In this document: positions 10,413 through 22,278 of the stretch, in pieces | How positions within the stretch are numbered: position 1 is the stretch's first letter | How the letters are laid out: every line of letters begins with the position of its first letter | Source of the DNA: Candidatus Aminicenantes bacterium | GTDB taxonomy: Bacteria; Acidobacteriota; Aminicenantia; Aminicenantales; JAFGBC01 | NCBI GenBank assembly: GCA_963702005.1 | Contig: OY969696.1 | Coordinates: 3,040,001 to 3,104,000, forward strand | Direction of reading: 5' to 3' | DNA length: 64,000 nucleotides | The notes under the pieces: model-generated | The model's input: only the letters and a program-made list of their open reading frames with translations | Told to the model about the DNA's origin: nothing | Database searches by the model: none | Translations under genes and position numbers: made by a program

Positions 10413-11956
10413 TCGAGCGACTTCAAGGCCCGCGGCAGGAACTTGGCGAGGTCTCCCGCGCTCAAGGCCTTCTCCCCGTTTCGTTCGGCAGCCAGGTCTC
10501 CGCACAGTCCATGCGCGTAGACAGCCGAGAGAACCGCGCCCAGCGTGTCCTTCTCCTGGACGATCTGGGCGGCGATCATGCCGCTCAGGACGTCGCCCGA
10601 CCCGGCCGTGGCCATGCCCGGGTTTCCGGTCGGGTTGACGAAGACCCGCCCGTCCGGCGCCCCGATCAGGGTCCGATATCCCTTGAGGACGAGGTGGACG
10701 CCGTGCTCCTTGGCGAAGGCCGGAACGATCTCGAGCCTCCGATCGAGGACCTCTTGGGTCGAAAGTCCGGTCAGGCGCGCGAACTCGCCGGGGTGCGGCG
10801 TCAGGACGGCGGGCTTGGGCAGCGCGTTCAGGATATCGAAGCGCTCGGCGATCGCATTCAGCCCGTCGGCGTCGACGACGATGGGAACCTTGACCTTGGG
10901 GAGGAGCGACAGGACGAATTCGGCCGTATCGGGATGGGTCGTAAGCCCCGGTCCGACGAGGAGCCCATTCTTTCCCTTGAGGAGGGCGAGCAGCTTGGGG
11001 ACGGCGGCGGCGGCGATCGTCCGCTCCGGCGTCTCGGGCAGGGGCTCGGTCATGAGCTCATCCATCGTCTTCGCGATCGCGGGGAGGGCGCTCCCGGCCG
11101 TCGCGATCGTGACGAGCCCCGCGCCCATCTTCAACGCCGCCTTGCCGGCCAGGGCCGCGGCGCCCGTCTTCCCCCACGATCCAGCCGCGATCAGGAGATT
11201 CCCGTAGCTCCCTTTATGGGTGTCTCTTTTTCGCTTTTGGAAGAAGATCGCGATGTCCTTCTTCTCGACGAGGTCGAGCGTGAGGCCGGGATCCTCGAAC
11301 AGGAAATCGGGGACGCTGATACCGGCGACGATGAGCTCGCCGACCCGTTCGGCGGCCGGCGGGAAGATGTGGGCGATCTTGGGCGCGGCCAGGGTCACGG
11401 TCAGGTCGGCCCGGACGCTGGGCCCGTTGACCTGGAAGGTGTCCGAGGAGAGGCCCGACGGGATATCGACGGCGACCTTGAAGGCGCGCGACTTGTTGAT
11501 ATCCTCGACGGCCCGCGCGTAGAGCCCATCGAGCGGCTTCAGGAGTCCGGTCCCCAAGATCGCGTCAATGATGACGGTCGCCCGCATCAAATCGCGCCGA
11601 TTGGCCTGCCACAGCTCGGCCGTGGAGACATCGATGATCTCAAGGCCGATCTTTTCGGCGATCTTAAGGTTCAGGGCCGCGTCGCCCCGGATTTCGTCCT
11701 TGGCGCCGAGAAGAAAGATTTGGGGAGAGGCGTCCAGGTTCAAGAGGTGACGGGCCACAACCAGGCCGTCGCCGCCGTTATTGCCCTTGCCGGCCACGAC
11801 GACGAAAGTTTCCTTGCCGAGGTCGGGGAACCTCTTCCGAATCGCGCGGACGACCTGGAAGCCGGCGTTCTCCATCAGGACCGGACCCGGGATGCCGATC
11901 TCCTCGATCGTCTTCCGGTCGATCTCTTTCATCTGGGCCGTGTTCAGGATCTTCAT
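10409..11956 (-). CDS. nnr: Bifunctional NAD(P)H-hydrate epimerase/dehydratase
   Basis: LMENAG, GKGNNGGDG, DIPSG, LTPHPGEF and GSGDVLSG motifs. Confidence 0.95.
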   Translation of the reverse strand: MKILNTAQMKEIDRKTIEEIGIPGPVLMENAGFQVVRAIRKRFPDLGKETFVVVAGKGNNGGDGLVVARHLLNLDASPQIFLLGAKDEIRGDAALNLKIAEKIGLEIIDVSTAELWQANRRDLMRATVIIDAILGTGLLKPLDGLYARAVEDINKSRAFKVAVDIPSGLSSDTFQVNGPSVRADLTVTLAAPKIAHIFPPAAERVGELIVAGISVPDFLFEDPGLTLDLVEKKDIAIFFQKRKRDTHKGSYGNLLIAAGSWGKTGAAALAGKAALKMGAGLVTIATAGSALPAIAKTMDELMTEPLPETPERTIAAAAVPKLLALLKGKNGLLVGPGLTTHPDTAEFVLSLLPKVKVPIVVDADGLNAIAERFDILNALPKPAVLTPHPGEFARLTGLSTQEVLDRRLEIVPAFAKEHGVHLVLKGYRTLIGAPDGRVFVNPTGNPGMATAGSGDVLSGMIAAQIVQEKDTLGAVLSAVYAHGLCGDLAAERNGEKALSAGDLAKFLPRALKSLE

Positions 11957-12122
11957 CGTATCTCTCCTCCCGCCGCGAAACCCATTCTAACAAATCGGGA
12001 AGCTCAATACCATGTTCCGGCCTCGTTGAGACCGGTGCCCGAAGCCCTGAAGCTTCACGGACTTGCGTCGGTGGGATCCCGCGAAGGGGATTGAATTCAG
12101 CGCCTATTTATGTTAGTTTTGA

Positions 12123-13157
<1,035 letters not shown>

Positions 13158-13162
13158 CGGCC

Positions 13163-14341
13163 ATGAGATTCGTCGAAGAGCTGGAATTCAAGGGACGGAC
13201 CGTCTTCCTCAGGGTCGATTTCAACGTCCCCCAGGACGAGACGGGCGCCGTCCGCGACGATACCCGGATCCGGGCCTCGCTGGCGACCATCAACTTCATC
13301 CTCGAGCTGGGCGGCCGGCTCGTCCTCGCCTCCCACTTGGGACGGCCCAAGGGCAAGGTCAATCCCAAATACAGCCTGGCCCCGGCGACGCGCCGACTGG
13401 CCGAGATCATCCCCAACAAGGTCGTCCAGGCGCCCGACGTCATCGGCCCCGAGGTCGACCGCCTAAAAAGAGAGCTCGCGAACGGCGAGGTTCTTGCCCT
13501 GGAGAACCTCCGCTTCTATCCCGGCGAAGAGGCCAACGACGCGGGCTTCGCCGCCGAGCTGGCCCGGGGCATCGACATCTACGTCAACGACGCCTTCGGC
13601 TCCTGCCACCGCGCCCACGCTTCGGTCGACGCCCTGGCCCGCCTGGTCAAGGTCAAGGCGGCCGGCTATCTCCTGAAGAAGGAGGTCGATTATCTGTCCC
13701 GGGCCGTCCGCAATCCGGCCAGGCCCTACGTCGCCATCCTGGGCGGCGCCAAGGTCGAGGACAAGATTCCCTTCCTGGAAAACCTCATCAACAAGGCGGA
13801 CAAGATCCTCATCGGCGGCGCGATGGCCTACACCTTCTTCAAAGCCCAAGGCTACGATGTCGGCAAGTCCCTGGTTGAAGAAGATAAGAAGGAGATCGCC
13901 CTGGCCATTCTCGACAAGGCCCGGGCCAAGAACGTCAAGCTCCAGCTCCCCGTCGATCACATCGCGGCGGCGGCCGTCGAGGCGGGGGCCGCGACCCAAG
14001 TCGTGAGCGGTTTTCCCTTTCCGGCCGGCTTGATGGGCGTCGATATCGGGCCGAAGACGATCGCGCTCTTTGCCGAGGCCATCGGCCGGGCCAAGACGAT
14101 AGTCTGGAACGGACCCATGGGCGTCTTCGAGATCGACGCTTTCGCAACCGGGACCATGAAGATCGCCGAAGCCGTGGCCGCGTCCAAGGCCGTTTCCATA
14201 GTGGGCGGCGGGGATTTGGTGGCAGCCGTCCACAAGGCCGGCGTCGCCGACCGGATCTCCCACATCTCGACCGGCGGGGGGGCCTCGCTCGAGTACCTCG
14301 CCTATGAAACCCTGCCCGGGATCGAGGCTCTCGATTCGTGA
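13163..14341 (+). CDS. pgk: Phosphoglycerate kinase
   Basis: RVDFNVP, SHLGRPKG, WNGPMGVFE, HISTGGGASLE. Confidence 0.98.
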   Translation: MRFVEELEFKGRTVFLRVDFNVPQDETGAVRDDTRIRASLATINFILELGGRLVLASHLGRPKGKVNPKYSLAPATRRLAEIIPNKVVQAPDVIGPEVDRLKRELANGEVLALENLRFYPGEEANDAGFAAELARGIDIYVNDAFGSCHRAHASVDALARLVKVKAAGYLLKKEVDYLSRAVRNPARPYVAILGGAKVEDKIPFLENLINKADKILIGGAMAYTFFKAQGYDVGKSLVEEDKKEIALAILDKARAKNVKLQLPVDHIAAAAVEAGAATQVVSGFPFPAGLMGVDIGPKTIALFAEAIGRAKTIVWNGPMGVFEIDAFATGTMKIAEAVAASKAVSIVGGGDLVAAVHKAGVADRISHISTGGGASLEYLAYETLPGIEALDS

Positions 14342-14369
14342 GGCGGCCGCACCAAGACCGGAGGCTGAT

Positions 14370-15158
14370 ATGAAAAACGCCCGAATACGGCCGCTCTTGG
14401 CCGGGAACTGGAAAATGCACTTGAGTCTGTCCGAGGCCCGGGCTCTCGCCTCGGCGGTTGCCGCCTCCTCCCGGGAGCTCGCCGAAGCCGATATCGTCCT
14501 CATCCCGCCGTTTACGGCCCTGGCCGAGGTCCGCAAAGCCCTCGAGGGAAGCTCCGTCGGACTGGGCGGTCAGGACCTGTTCTGGGAGGATAAGGGCGCC
14601 TTCACCGGGGAAATCTCGGCTCCCCTCCTCAAGGATGCCGGCTGCCGATATGTCGTCATCGGCCATTCCGAGCGTCGTCAGCAGTTCGGAGAGACGGACG
14701 CCTCGGTCAACAGGAAGACGAAAGCGGCGCTCCGGGCGGGCCTCTCCCCGATCGTCTGTGTCGGGGAGACGCTCGAGGAGAGGGAGGCGAGCCGGACGAT
14801 GGATCGGGTTTCGATCCAGGTCCGGGACGGCCTGGACGGATTGAGCCGCGAAGAAATGGCCGCCGTCGTCATCGCTTACGAGCCGGTCTGGGCGATCGGG
14901 ACGGGCCGGAACGCGACTCCGGACCAGGCCGAGGACGTCCACCGCTTCATCCGGGGGCGGCTCGAAGAAAAATATGGAAAGCCGACGGCCTCCTGTGCTA
15001 TAATTCTTTACGGCGGATCGGTCAAGTCCGCCAATACTTATTCTTTGCTTAAGGAAAAGGACATCGACGGCGCTCTGGTGGGAGGGGCGTCTCTCGAAGC
15101 CGGATCGTTCGTCGAGATCGTCCGAGAAGCGATTAGAGGTCGGAAGGAAAGACAGTGA
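14370..15158 (+). CDS. tpiA: Triosephosphate isomerase
   Basis: AGNWKM, GHSERR, AYEPVWAIGTG, LYGGSV. Confidence 0.98.
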   Translation: MKNARIRPLLAGNWKMHLSLSEARALASAVAASSRELAEADIVLIPPFTALAEVRKALEGSSVGLGGQDLFWEDKGAFTGEISAPLLKDAGCRYVVIGHSERRQQFGETDASVNRKTKAALRAGLSPIVCVGETLEEREASRTMDRVSIQVRDGLDGLSREEMAAVVIAYEPVWAIGTGRNATPDQAEDVHRFIRGRLEEKYGKPTASCAIILYGGSVKSANTYSLLKEKDIDGALVGGASLEAGSFVEIVREAIRGRKERQ

Positions 15159-15538
15159 GTTTACTAGTCACTCTTCTTCACATCGTCGTGTGTTTCATCC
15201 TGATCGTGGCCGTCCTGCTTCAGTCGGGAAAGGCGGCGGACCTGGCGGGCGCCTTCGGCGGCGGGGGAAGCCAGACCGTTTTCGGGCCGCGGGGAGCCGG
15301 AACGCTCCTGTCCAAGGTCACCACTATCTGCGCCATCATCTTCATGTTCACATCCCTGGGCCTCTGGATCATAAGCGGCAAGGGCGGCAGATCCGTCGTG
15401 AGCGGAGTAGCGACTTCCAAACCGGCGGCGACCGAAACCAAGAAAGAACAGACGCCCGCTCCCGCCCCGAGCCAAGGGCAGAAACAGCCCTCCCAGGCTG
15501 AGCAGAAACCCCCTGCCTCAGTCCCGGAAAAGAAATAA
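15155..15538 (+). CDS. secG: Preprotein translocase subunit SecG
   Basis: VLLQSGK..DLAGAFGGGGSQTVFG; conserved tpiA-secG-tRNA-Leu order. Confidence 0.96.
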   Translation: MSLLVTLLHIVVCFILIVAVLLQSGKAADLAGAFGGGGSQTVFGPRGAGTLLSKVTTICAIIFMFTSLGLWIISGKGGRSVVSGVATSKPAATETKKEQTPAPAPSQGQKQPSQAEQKPPASVPEKK

Positions 15539-15550
15539 ACCAGCCTGAAT

Positions 15551-15637
15551 GCCGAAGTGGTGGAATTGGCAGACACGCTAGCTTGAGGGGCTAGTTCCTG
15601 GTAATCGGGAGTGGGGGTTCGAGTCCCCCCTTCGGCA
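15551..15637 (+). tRNA. tRNA-Leu(GAG)
   Basis: GCCGAAG/CTTCGGC acceptor stem, CTAGC-TTGAGGG-GCTAG anticodon arm, long variable arm, GGTTCGAGTCC T-arm; CCA not encoded. Confidence 0.96.
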
Positions 15638-15837
15638 TTTCCCGTCGCCTTATCCGAGACGGAAGCAACAAGCCGGTCCCTGTCGTCGTATTCAGCAGAG
15701 AGAGTTGCCAGGAGCCAACGGGTTTCGGTAATATAATTGTAAAGCGACTTTACGGAATATCCGTCTGCGCTGAGGGAGGTTATCTGAATAGTGTCCTGCA
15801 CACGGCGCTCTTAGGGTCGACAGAAGGAGGCTTAATC

Positions 15838-17088
15838 ATGGCCAAATCGCGATTGATGAAGCTAACGATTCCTATGTTAATCATGTGCGGCCTCATTCCC
15901 GGGATTCTGCCCGGCGCGCCGCGCTCCGGCCAGGACACCTCTCCTTCTCCGGCTCGTCCCATCGAGATTCCGGTCCGGATCAGCGGTCCGGACGGACAGT
16001 TCATCGACTCCCTGACCCTGGATGATTTCGTCCTGTCCGAAAATGGAGTCCCCCAGAAGATCGACGGCTTCTATCTCGTCAAGGGCCAATCCATCCTGAG
16101 CAAGGCCGGAACGCCGATCGAGAATCCCCAAGTCGCCCGCCATTATTACCTCATGTTTCAAGCCATCGAGTACGACCCCAAGCTCGCCGAAGTCGTCGAT
16201 ACTCTGTTCCGGAATCTCCTCCGGCCCGGGGACACCATGACCTTGATGACGCCCGCCAAGGCCTACTCCTTGACTCCCCAGGCGCTCGCCGCCAAGCCCA
16301 AGGACGTCCTGTCCAAGGAAATGAACCAGATTCTGCGCAAGGATATCCAGATCGGCGGCTCCGATTATCGAAGCCTTCTGCGCGACCTCAAACGGCTCGT
16401 CAAGTCCATCGAGGGCGAAAACTCGGCCTTCGACCCCGAGATGGAGACGGATACGACGACGACGAGCGCGGTCGGACTCGAGGTCCTGCTCGAGCGCTAC
16501 CGGGATTCGCTGATGAAGATGGAGGACCTCCGGCTCATCGACGAGCGCAAAATCCTGAGCTTCGCCCAGGCCCTCAAGAACCAGACCGGCCAGAAGAACG
16601 TCTTCCTCTTCTACCAGCGGGAATTCCGGCCCGAGATCAACCCGACCTTCCTCAACACGATGATGAGCCTCTACCAGGATCAGCAGGAGGTCCTGTCCAT
16701 GCTCATGGAGCTGTTCCAGTTCTACAAGCGCGAGACGACCTACAACCAAGACCGGATCAGCCGGGCCTTCGCCGACGCCTCGCTCATGTTCAACTTCATC
16801 TTCATGAATAAAGAGTCCCAATACCTGTTCGGGGCCGATATGAAGGAGCAGTCGGAAGACGTCTTTTCGGTCTACTCCCAGGTGGCTAAGGCTACCGGGG
16901 GACTGTGCGAAACGGCCCCCAATCCGGCGGCGAGCTTCAAGAAAGCGGTCGTTTCCTCCGAAGATTCCTACCTTCTCTACTACACGCCTTCCAACCCGGC
17001 CAAGGACAAGACGTTCCGGAGCGTCACCGTCGCCGTCAAGAGGGCCGGCGTCACGGTCTCCCACCGCCTGGGATACTACGCTTTTTAA
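15838..17088 (+). CDS. Secreted VWFA-related protein (Acidobacteria-type VWA)
   Basis: LTLDDFVLSENGVPQKI N-terminus; ATGG, YLLYYTP and HRLGYYA C-terminus. Confidence 0.75.
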   Translation: MAKSRLMKLTIPMLIMCGLIPGILPGAPRSGQDTSPSPARPIEIPVRISGPDGQFIDSLTLDDFVLSENGVPQKIDGFYLVKGQSILSKAGTPIENPQVARHYYLMFQAIEYDPKLAEVVDTLFRNLLRPGDTMTLMTPAKAYSLTPQALAAKPKDVLSKEMNQILRKDIQIGGSDYRSLLRDLKRLVKSIEGENSAFDPEMETDTTTTSAVGLEVLLERYRDSLMKMEDLRLIDERKILSFAQALKNQTGQKNVFLFYQREFRPEINPTFLNTMMSLYQDQQEVLSMLMELFQFYKRETTYNQDRISRAFADASLMFNFIFMNKESQYLFGADMKEQSEDVFSVYSQVAKATGGLCETAPNPAASFKKAVVSSEDSYLLYYTPSNPAKDKTFRSVTVAVKRAGVTVSHRLGYYAF

Positions 17089-17100
17089 TCCGGGCCGGCT

Positions 17101-18409
17101 CTATCCCGAAACGATCGGAATCGTCAACGGCAGGGACCCCCTATCCCGGAACCAGAAATAGTATTCCTTGACCAGGTCGATATGGAGATGAAAAGAGCCT
17201 TTCTCCGCAAGCGAGGGCAGGCTCAGATTCATGATGACCTCGTCCCCCGGTTTCATATCGCGGGGAAGCGAGAAGCGGAGAGGCTTCTCCGGTCAGATTC
17301 CTGCCGTCTTCGGCCGTCAGCCAAGCTCCGACCCTGACCCGGTGGCTCCGCGACGAATTTCGGTACCAGGTCGCATCGCCCTCGTTTCGGACATTGAGCG
17401 AAACCGCAAACTCCGAGCCCGGACCGACGCGGGCCGGAGCGCGGACGACGTCCCAGCCCGCCCTGAATAGGAATGGTTCCGGCGGCGTATCGATCTCCTC
17501 CCCGATCAAAGCCTGGCCGCTTCCGGCCGGATCGCCCGGCTTGAGGAGAAAGAGCGAAAGCGAGGTGAAGATGGTATGAAAAAACCGGAGGACGACATGG
17601 GGAGTCCGATAGACCTCATGAGGAAAAGCGATCGGCGGGAAGGCGAATTCCTCTTCGATCCCGAGGTCCAGGGGCCCGGACAGGGCGAACCCGGCGTCCC
17701 GGATGAGCTCGACCAGGTCTCCGATCTTGAAATAATCCCGTCTCCATCCCAGACGGTTCACGATCAACTCCGTGGTCAGCGCCGCGACTCCGCCGGGCTT
17801 CAGAACCCGGTTCATTTCCTTCAAGGCCCGCAGCTTGTCGGCCCTCCGGCCGAAGTGCTCCAGCGAGGAGAGGGAAAATACGATATCGAATGATCGATCC
17901 TCGAAAGACAACTCCGTGGCGTCCATTCTCAGGACGCGGAGGCGGTCCTCCGGATAGCGGAAAGGGGCGTACTTGTCGGGATGGACAAGGACGTCGGAAA
18001 CGCCCTCTCCGCCGAGATAGCCTCCCTGGTAGAGGTCGGTCGCATAGACCATCTTGAGCCTGGTGGCGAGAAAATACATGAGCTCCTCATGCCCGCAGCC
18101 GACGCCCAGGGCGACGGCGTCCGGAGACAGCCTATGCAATGTTCTTAAGCCGTGGATGATCTGGTTGAATTCCCAGATCTTGCGATGGAAGATATTTTCG
18201 GCGGGGGGAAAAAGCAGGTCCGAGAATCCCCTGGCCCAGGAGGCGTTTCGGCCGTCGGCCAGGCGGCAGAGCTTGTTGAGAGCGATCGTGTCCGTCGGAT
18301 AGGAGGAAGACGGCTTGACCTCGACCGTATAGCGATCGAAGGGAGCCATGAACAGGGAATAGGCCCGGTTCCCCCAAATGAGTTTGACGGCAAAGTCTCT
18401 TAGAGACAC
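17101..18409 (-). pseudogene. Class I SAM methyltransferase with C-terminal Ig-like (NBR1-like) domain; +1 frameshift near 17285
   Basis: ALGVGCG, SFDIVFSLSSLEHFG and RVLKPGG motifs. The Ig-like C-terminus (LRFSLPRDMKPGDEV...IDLVKEYYFWF) continues in another frame to a stop at 17101; total span is 3n+1. Confidence 0.7.
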
Positions 18410-18452
18410 GGCGCGCTCCTCGCCCTTTTCCCTCGGGGCCCGGCCTCCGCCT

Positions 18453-18890
18453 TCAGCTCCGGCTGGCCACCCAGAGGGAAAAGTCCGCTTCGGACATGGC
18501 CCCGGTCGCCCGGCCCCGCTCAGCCTGCTTGTGGACGACGATGAAGGTCGGGACGGCCTGGACGCCGAAGCTCGCGGCCAGCTCGGGATGCCGGTTGATG
18601 TCGACCTTGGCGACCATGAGATCCCCCGCCCTCCGCTTGGCCAGCCGCTCCAGAATGGGCGCCATCATATGGCAGGGCCCGCAGGTCTCGGAGCTGAAGT
18701 CTAAAAGAATGGGCAGCCGGGCGCTGTTGATGAGGACGAACAGCCGGTCCGGCTTCAACTCCAGGACGGTCCCCGGAGCGGGCAGAGGGGTCTTGCATCG
18801 GCCGCAGACGACCTGCTTGTCCAGGGCGTCGGCCGGGAAGTTATTGGTCGCGCCGCACTGAACGCAGCTGACCTTGATTTTATCGGCCAT
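18453..18890 (-). CDS. trxC: Thioredoxin 2-like (N-terminal Zn ribbon plus thioredoxin)
   Basis: CVQCGATN...CGRCK zinc ribbon and CGPC active site (preceding Trp replaced by Thr). Confidence 0.88.
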   Translation of the reverse strand: MADKIKVSCVQCGATNNFPADALDKQVVCGRCKTPLPAPGTVLELKPDRLFVLINSARLPILLDFSSETCGPCHMMAPILERLAKRRAGDLMVAKVDINRHPELAASFGVQAVPTFIVVHKQAERGRATGAMSEADFSLWVASRS

Positions 18891-18903
18891 GTCCGCCCGG
18901 CCG

Positions 18904-21900
18904 CTAAGGGCCCTTCTTGGGGAAGGGCGGTATGGCCGGGATGTCCTGCCCCTTGGTCTTGAGCTCCTCGAGGATGACCTCGATGGCCTTGGTGAGCTGC
19001 TCGTCGATTCCGGCATATTCCTTGGCCGGGTCGTTGTCGACCCGGATATCGGGCTCGACGCCGCGGCCCTCGATGATCCAGTCCTTGCCGTCCTTGCTGT
19101 AGGGGGCGAATTCGGGCTTAGTGAGGACCCCGCCGTCGAGGAGAGGCAGGCTTCCCCTGATCCCGACGACACCCCCCCAGGTCCTCTTCCCGATGAGCTT
19201 GCCGAGTCCCATCGTCTTGAACCGGAACGGGAAGATGTCGCCGTCCGAAGCCGAGAACTCGTCGATCAGACAAACCTTGGGACCGACCAGAAGATCGGCC
19301 GGGTCCGGCCCGGGGATCGTGTTCCGGGCCATCTCGACCATGACCATCTCTCGGCGCAGCCTCTCGATCAGCATGGATGAGACACTCCCGCCGCCGTTCC
19401 CGCGGACGTCGATGATCAGGGCCTTCTTGCGGAGCTGGGGATAGAAGTGGCGGACGAACTCGTTGAGCCCGCCCACGCCCATATCGGGGACGTGGATGTA
19501 GCCGACCAGGCCGCCGGTCGCCTTGTCGACCTTCTCGGCGTTGGCTTGGATCCAGTCCTCGTAATAGAGGTCGTTCTCGGTTTCGATCGGGACGACGACG
19601 ACCTCGCGGCTCCCCTGCTCCTCGGGGACGGCGTTGACCTTGAGCTTAACCTGGCGGCCCACCGTGTTGACGAGGGCTTCGTAGACGTCCCTCAGGCCGT
19701 TGACGGGCTTCCCGTTGACGGCGATCAGGTACTCTCCCTCCTTGACGTTCACGCCGACCTCGGTCAGGGGCGAACGGAGGACGGAATTCCAGTTAGCCCC
19801 GCGCAGGATATGGCCGATTTTGTAATATCCCGACGCGGGGTCCCGCTCGAGCCGGGCGCCCAGCATCCCGGTCGCGATCTTGGGCACGCGGGGCAGGTCG
19901 CCGCCGCCGACGTAGGTGTGCCCGGAGCTGAGCTCGCCGATGAGCTCTCCGATGACGTAGGTCAGGTCGGCCCGGTGGTTGGCGGCCTCGGCCAGCGGCT
20001 CGTAGCGGAGGCGGAGGGCCTCCCAGTCCACGCCGTGCATGTTCGGGTCGTAGAAGAAATATTTCATCTGCCGCCAGCACTCTTCGAAGATCTGGCCCCA
20101 CTCCTGACGGAGGTCGAGGACGACTTCCATCTTGCTAAGGTCGAGCTTCTCGTCGAACTTGACCGGGCCCTTGGGCAGGTCGATGATGGCGTAGCTGCGG
20201 TCCTTGGCGACGAGCATCTTCTTGAGGTCGGCCGAAATTTCATAGCCGTCAACCGCGCCCAAGTCGGTCTCCTTGAGGTCGGTCAGGCTGTACATCTTGA
20301 GCGATACCGCCGTGTCGCGGTCGCCCCGCTTGAGGTAGTAGACCGTGTCGCCGACGACGGCGACCGGTCCGTAGTTCGCCACCTCGATGGGCAGGGCGAG
20401 GATTCGGTTCTTGAGTCCGGCGCCGTCGATCTTGACCGTAACGGCCGCCGGGACCGCTTCCTCTTTTTTGTCCTTGTCCTTATCCTTGCCGGCGTCCTTT
20501 CCCGCCTTGGCCGGCTCCTCCTTCTTCACGGCCACCTCGTCGCTCTTGGGCTCAAAGGGAGACTTCGTCTCTTGGGCCAGGGCCAGCAGGTAGATGCGCG
20601 ACATGGACAGGTAAGCGTGGTTCCACTCGGTCTGGCTGAAGATGGGATTGTAATCGCGGTCGGAAACGAACACGACGTACTTGCCGTCCGAGGAGAAGGC
20701 CGGACTTCCGGAATTGTACCAGCCGTCGGTTGCTTCGATCTTCGTTTTCGAGTCGATGGCGTAGAGATAAATCCTGTTCATCGGCTCGGGCATCGGCCGG
20801 GTGTAGACGATCCAGCGGCTGTCCGGGGACCAGGCGTATTCGCTGAACTCCCAACGCTCGGCCTTGTCGACCTCGACGACCTGCTTGGTCTGGACGTCGA
20901 CATACAGGAGCCGGAGCTTCTTGTCGGCCCAAAGGATTTTCTTGCCGTCGGGCGACCAGAGGATCTGGTACTTGTAGGTATCCCCGTCCGCGGTGAGCTG
21001 CTGGGCGGGGCCGGAGCCGTCCTGGGGCATGATCCAGACCTCGTCGCCGCCGCTCTTGTCGGAGAGATAGCCGATCCATTTTCCGTCCGGCGACCACTTG
21101 GAGTTCCGCTCATGGATGCCCGGCGTCGCGGTCAGGTTCCGGGTATTCCCGAACTTGGCCGGAACGGTGAAGATGTCGCCCCGGGCGCCGAACAGGGCGC
21201 GCTTGCCGTCGGGCGAGATCTCGAAGTTGCTGACCTGGTCGCCGACCTTGAGGAGCTTGGTCCGGCCCGCCAGCATATCGTCGGCGATGACGATCGGGAC
21301 CTTCTCGGTCTTTTCGGCGGCCAGGTCGAAGCGGTAGATAAATCCGCCGTTCTCGAAGACGATCGACTGCGGCCCGAGCGAGGGGAACTTGATGTCGAAG
21401 TCCCTGAAGTCGGTCAGCTTCCTGGTCGTCCTGCCGGCGAGGTCGTAGACATAGAGGTTCATCCGCCTCGCCTCATCCCGGTCGGACAGGAAATAGATTC
21501 TGTTCCCCGACCACATCGGGATGATGTCGAGGGCGGGATTGTCGGTGATGTTCTCGACGGCCTTGGTCTTGAAGTCATAGATCCAGACGTCGTCGGCCAT
21601 GCCGCCCCGGTAGCGCTTCCAGGTCCGGAACTCCCGGAAGATGCGGTTGTAGACCAACTTCGCGTCGTCGGGGGCGAAGGAACAGAAACCGCCCCGCGGC
21701 AGGGGAAGTTCGTCGGGCGTTCCGCCCTCGACCGGGACGAGATAAAGCTGGCCGTTGAAGGAGTTCCATTCCCTCATCCGCGAGCGGAAGACGACTTTCT
21801 TCGAATCGTGGGTCCAGCCCATGACGAGGTTGTTGGGGCCCATCCGGTCCGAGATGTCGTCCCGGGTCAGGACGGGAGTGAAGGTCAGCCGCTTGGGGAC

Positions 21901-22209
21901 GCCGCCCCCGGCCGGGATGAGGTAGACTTCCCGGTTCCCGTCGTATTCGCCCGTGAAGGCGATCCACTTCCCGTCCGGGGAAAAGCGGGCGAAAGCCTCA
22001 TAGCCGGGATGGCTGGTGAGCTTGCGGGCGACGCCGCCCGCCAAGGGAACGATGTAGAGGTCCCCGGCATAGCTGAAAGCGATCTGATCCGCGGATACGG
22101 TCGGAAAGCGAAGGAGCCGCGTTTCCGCAGCCGGAGCCTGGGCTTGGGCCAAGGCCGGCCCGGCCATGGCCAGAAACACGCAAAGTATAAGGACGAGTTT
22201 ATGTTTCAT
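18904..22209 (-). CDS. Tricorn protease homologue (S41 peptidase, PD40 repeats, PDZ)
   Basis: RLLRFP, WKRYRGG, GELSSGH, DVRGNGGG, SASDGDIF and GKRTWGGVVGI motifs; signal peptide. Confidence 0.95.
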   Translation of the reverse strand: MKHKLVLILCVFLAMAGPALAQAQAPAAETRLLRFPTVSADQIAFSYAGDLYIVPLAGGVARKLTSHPGYEAFARFSPDGKWIAFTGEYDGNREVYLIPAGGGVPKRLTFTPVLTRDDISDRMGPNNLVMGWTHDSKKVVFRSRMREWNSFNGQLYLVPVEGGTPDELPLPRGGFCSFAPDDAKLVYNRIFREFRTWKRYRGGMADDVWIYDFKTKAVENITDNPALDIIPMWSGNRIYFLSDRDEARRMNLYVYDLAGRTTRKLTDFRDFDIKFPSLGPQSIVFENGGFIYRFDLAAEKTEKVPIVIADDMLAGRTKLLKVGDQVSNFEISPDGKRALFGARGDIFTVPAKFGNTRNLTATPGIHERNSKWSPDGKWIGYLSDKSGGDEVWIMPQDGSGPAQQLTADGDTYKYQILWSPDGKKILWADKKLRLLYVDVQTKQVVEVDKAERWEFSEYAWSPDSRWIVYTRPMPEPMNRIYLYAIDSKTKIEATDGWYNSGSPAFSSDGKYVVFVSDRDYNPIFSQTEWNHAYLSMSRIYLLALAQETKSPFEPKSDEVAVKKEEPAKAGKDAGKDKDKDKKEEAVPAAVTVKIDGAGLKNRILALPIEVANYGPVAVVGDTVYYLKRGDRDTAVSLKMYSLTDLKETDLGAVDGYEISADLKKMLVAKDRSYAIIDLPKGPVKFDEKLDLSKMEVVLDLRQEWGQIFEECWRQMKYFFYDPNMHGVDWEALRLRYEPLAEAANHRADLTYVIGELIGELSSGHTYVGGGDLPRVPKIATGMLGARLERDPASGYYKIGHILRGANWNSVLRSPLTEVGVNVKEGEYLIAVNGKPVNGLRDVYEALVNTVGRQVKLKVNAVPEEQGSREVVVVPIETENDLYYEDWIQANAEKVDKATGGLVGYIHVPDMGVGGLNEFVRHFYPQLRKKALIIDVRGNGGGSVSSMLIERLRREMVMVEMARNTIPGPDPADLLVGPKVCLIDEFSASDGDIFPFRFKTMGLGKLIGKRTWGGVVGIRGSLPLLDGGVLTKPEFAPYSKDGKDWIIEGRGVEPDIRVDNDPAKEYAGIDEQLTKAIEVILEELKTKGQDIPAIPPFPKKGP

Positions 22210-22278
22210 AAGACCTCCTCTGAACATAAGGGGCTTCACTATAACAAAAAAAATGACCATGGACAATCGCGCTGTCCG

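Noticed and set aside
15638-15837. Possible att site or ncRNA downstream of tRNA-Leu(GAG)
   Set aside because: No duplicate of the tRNA 3' end found and no convincing structure recognised.
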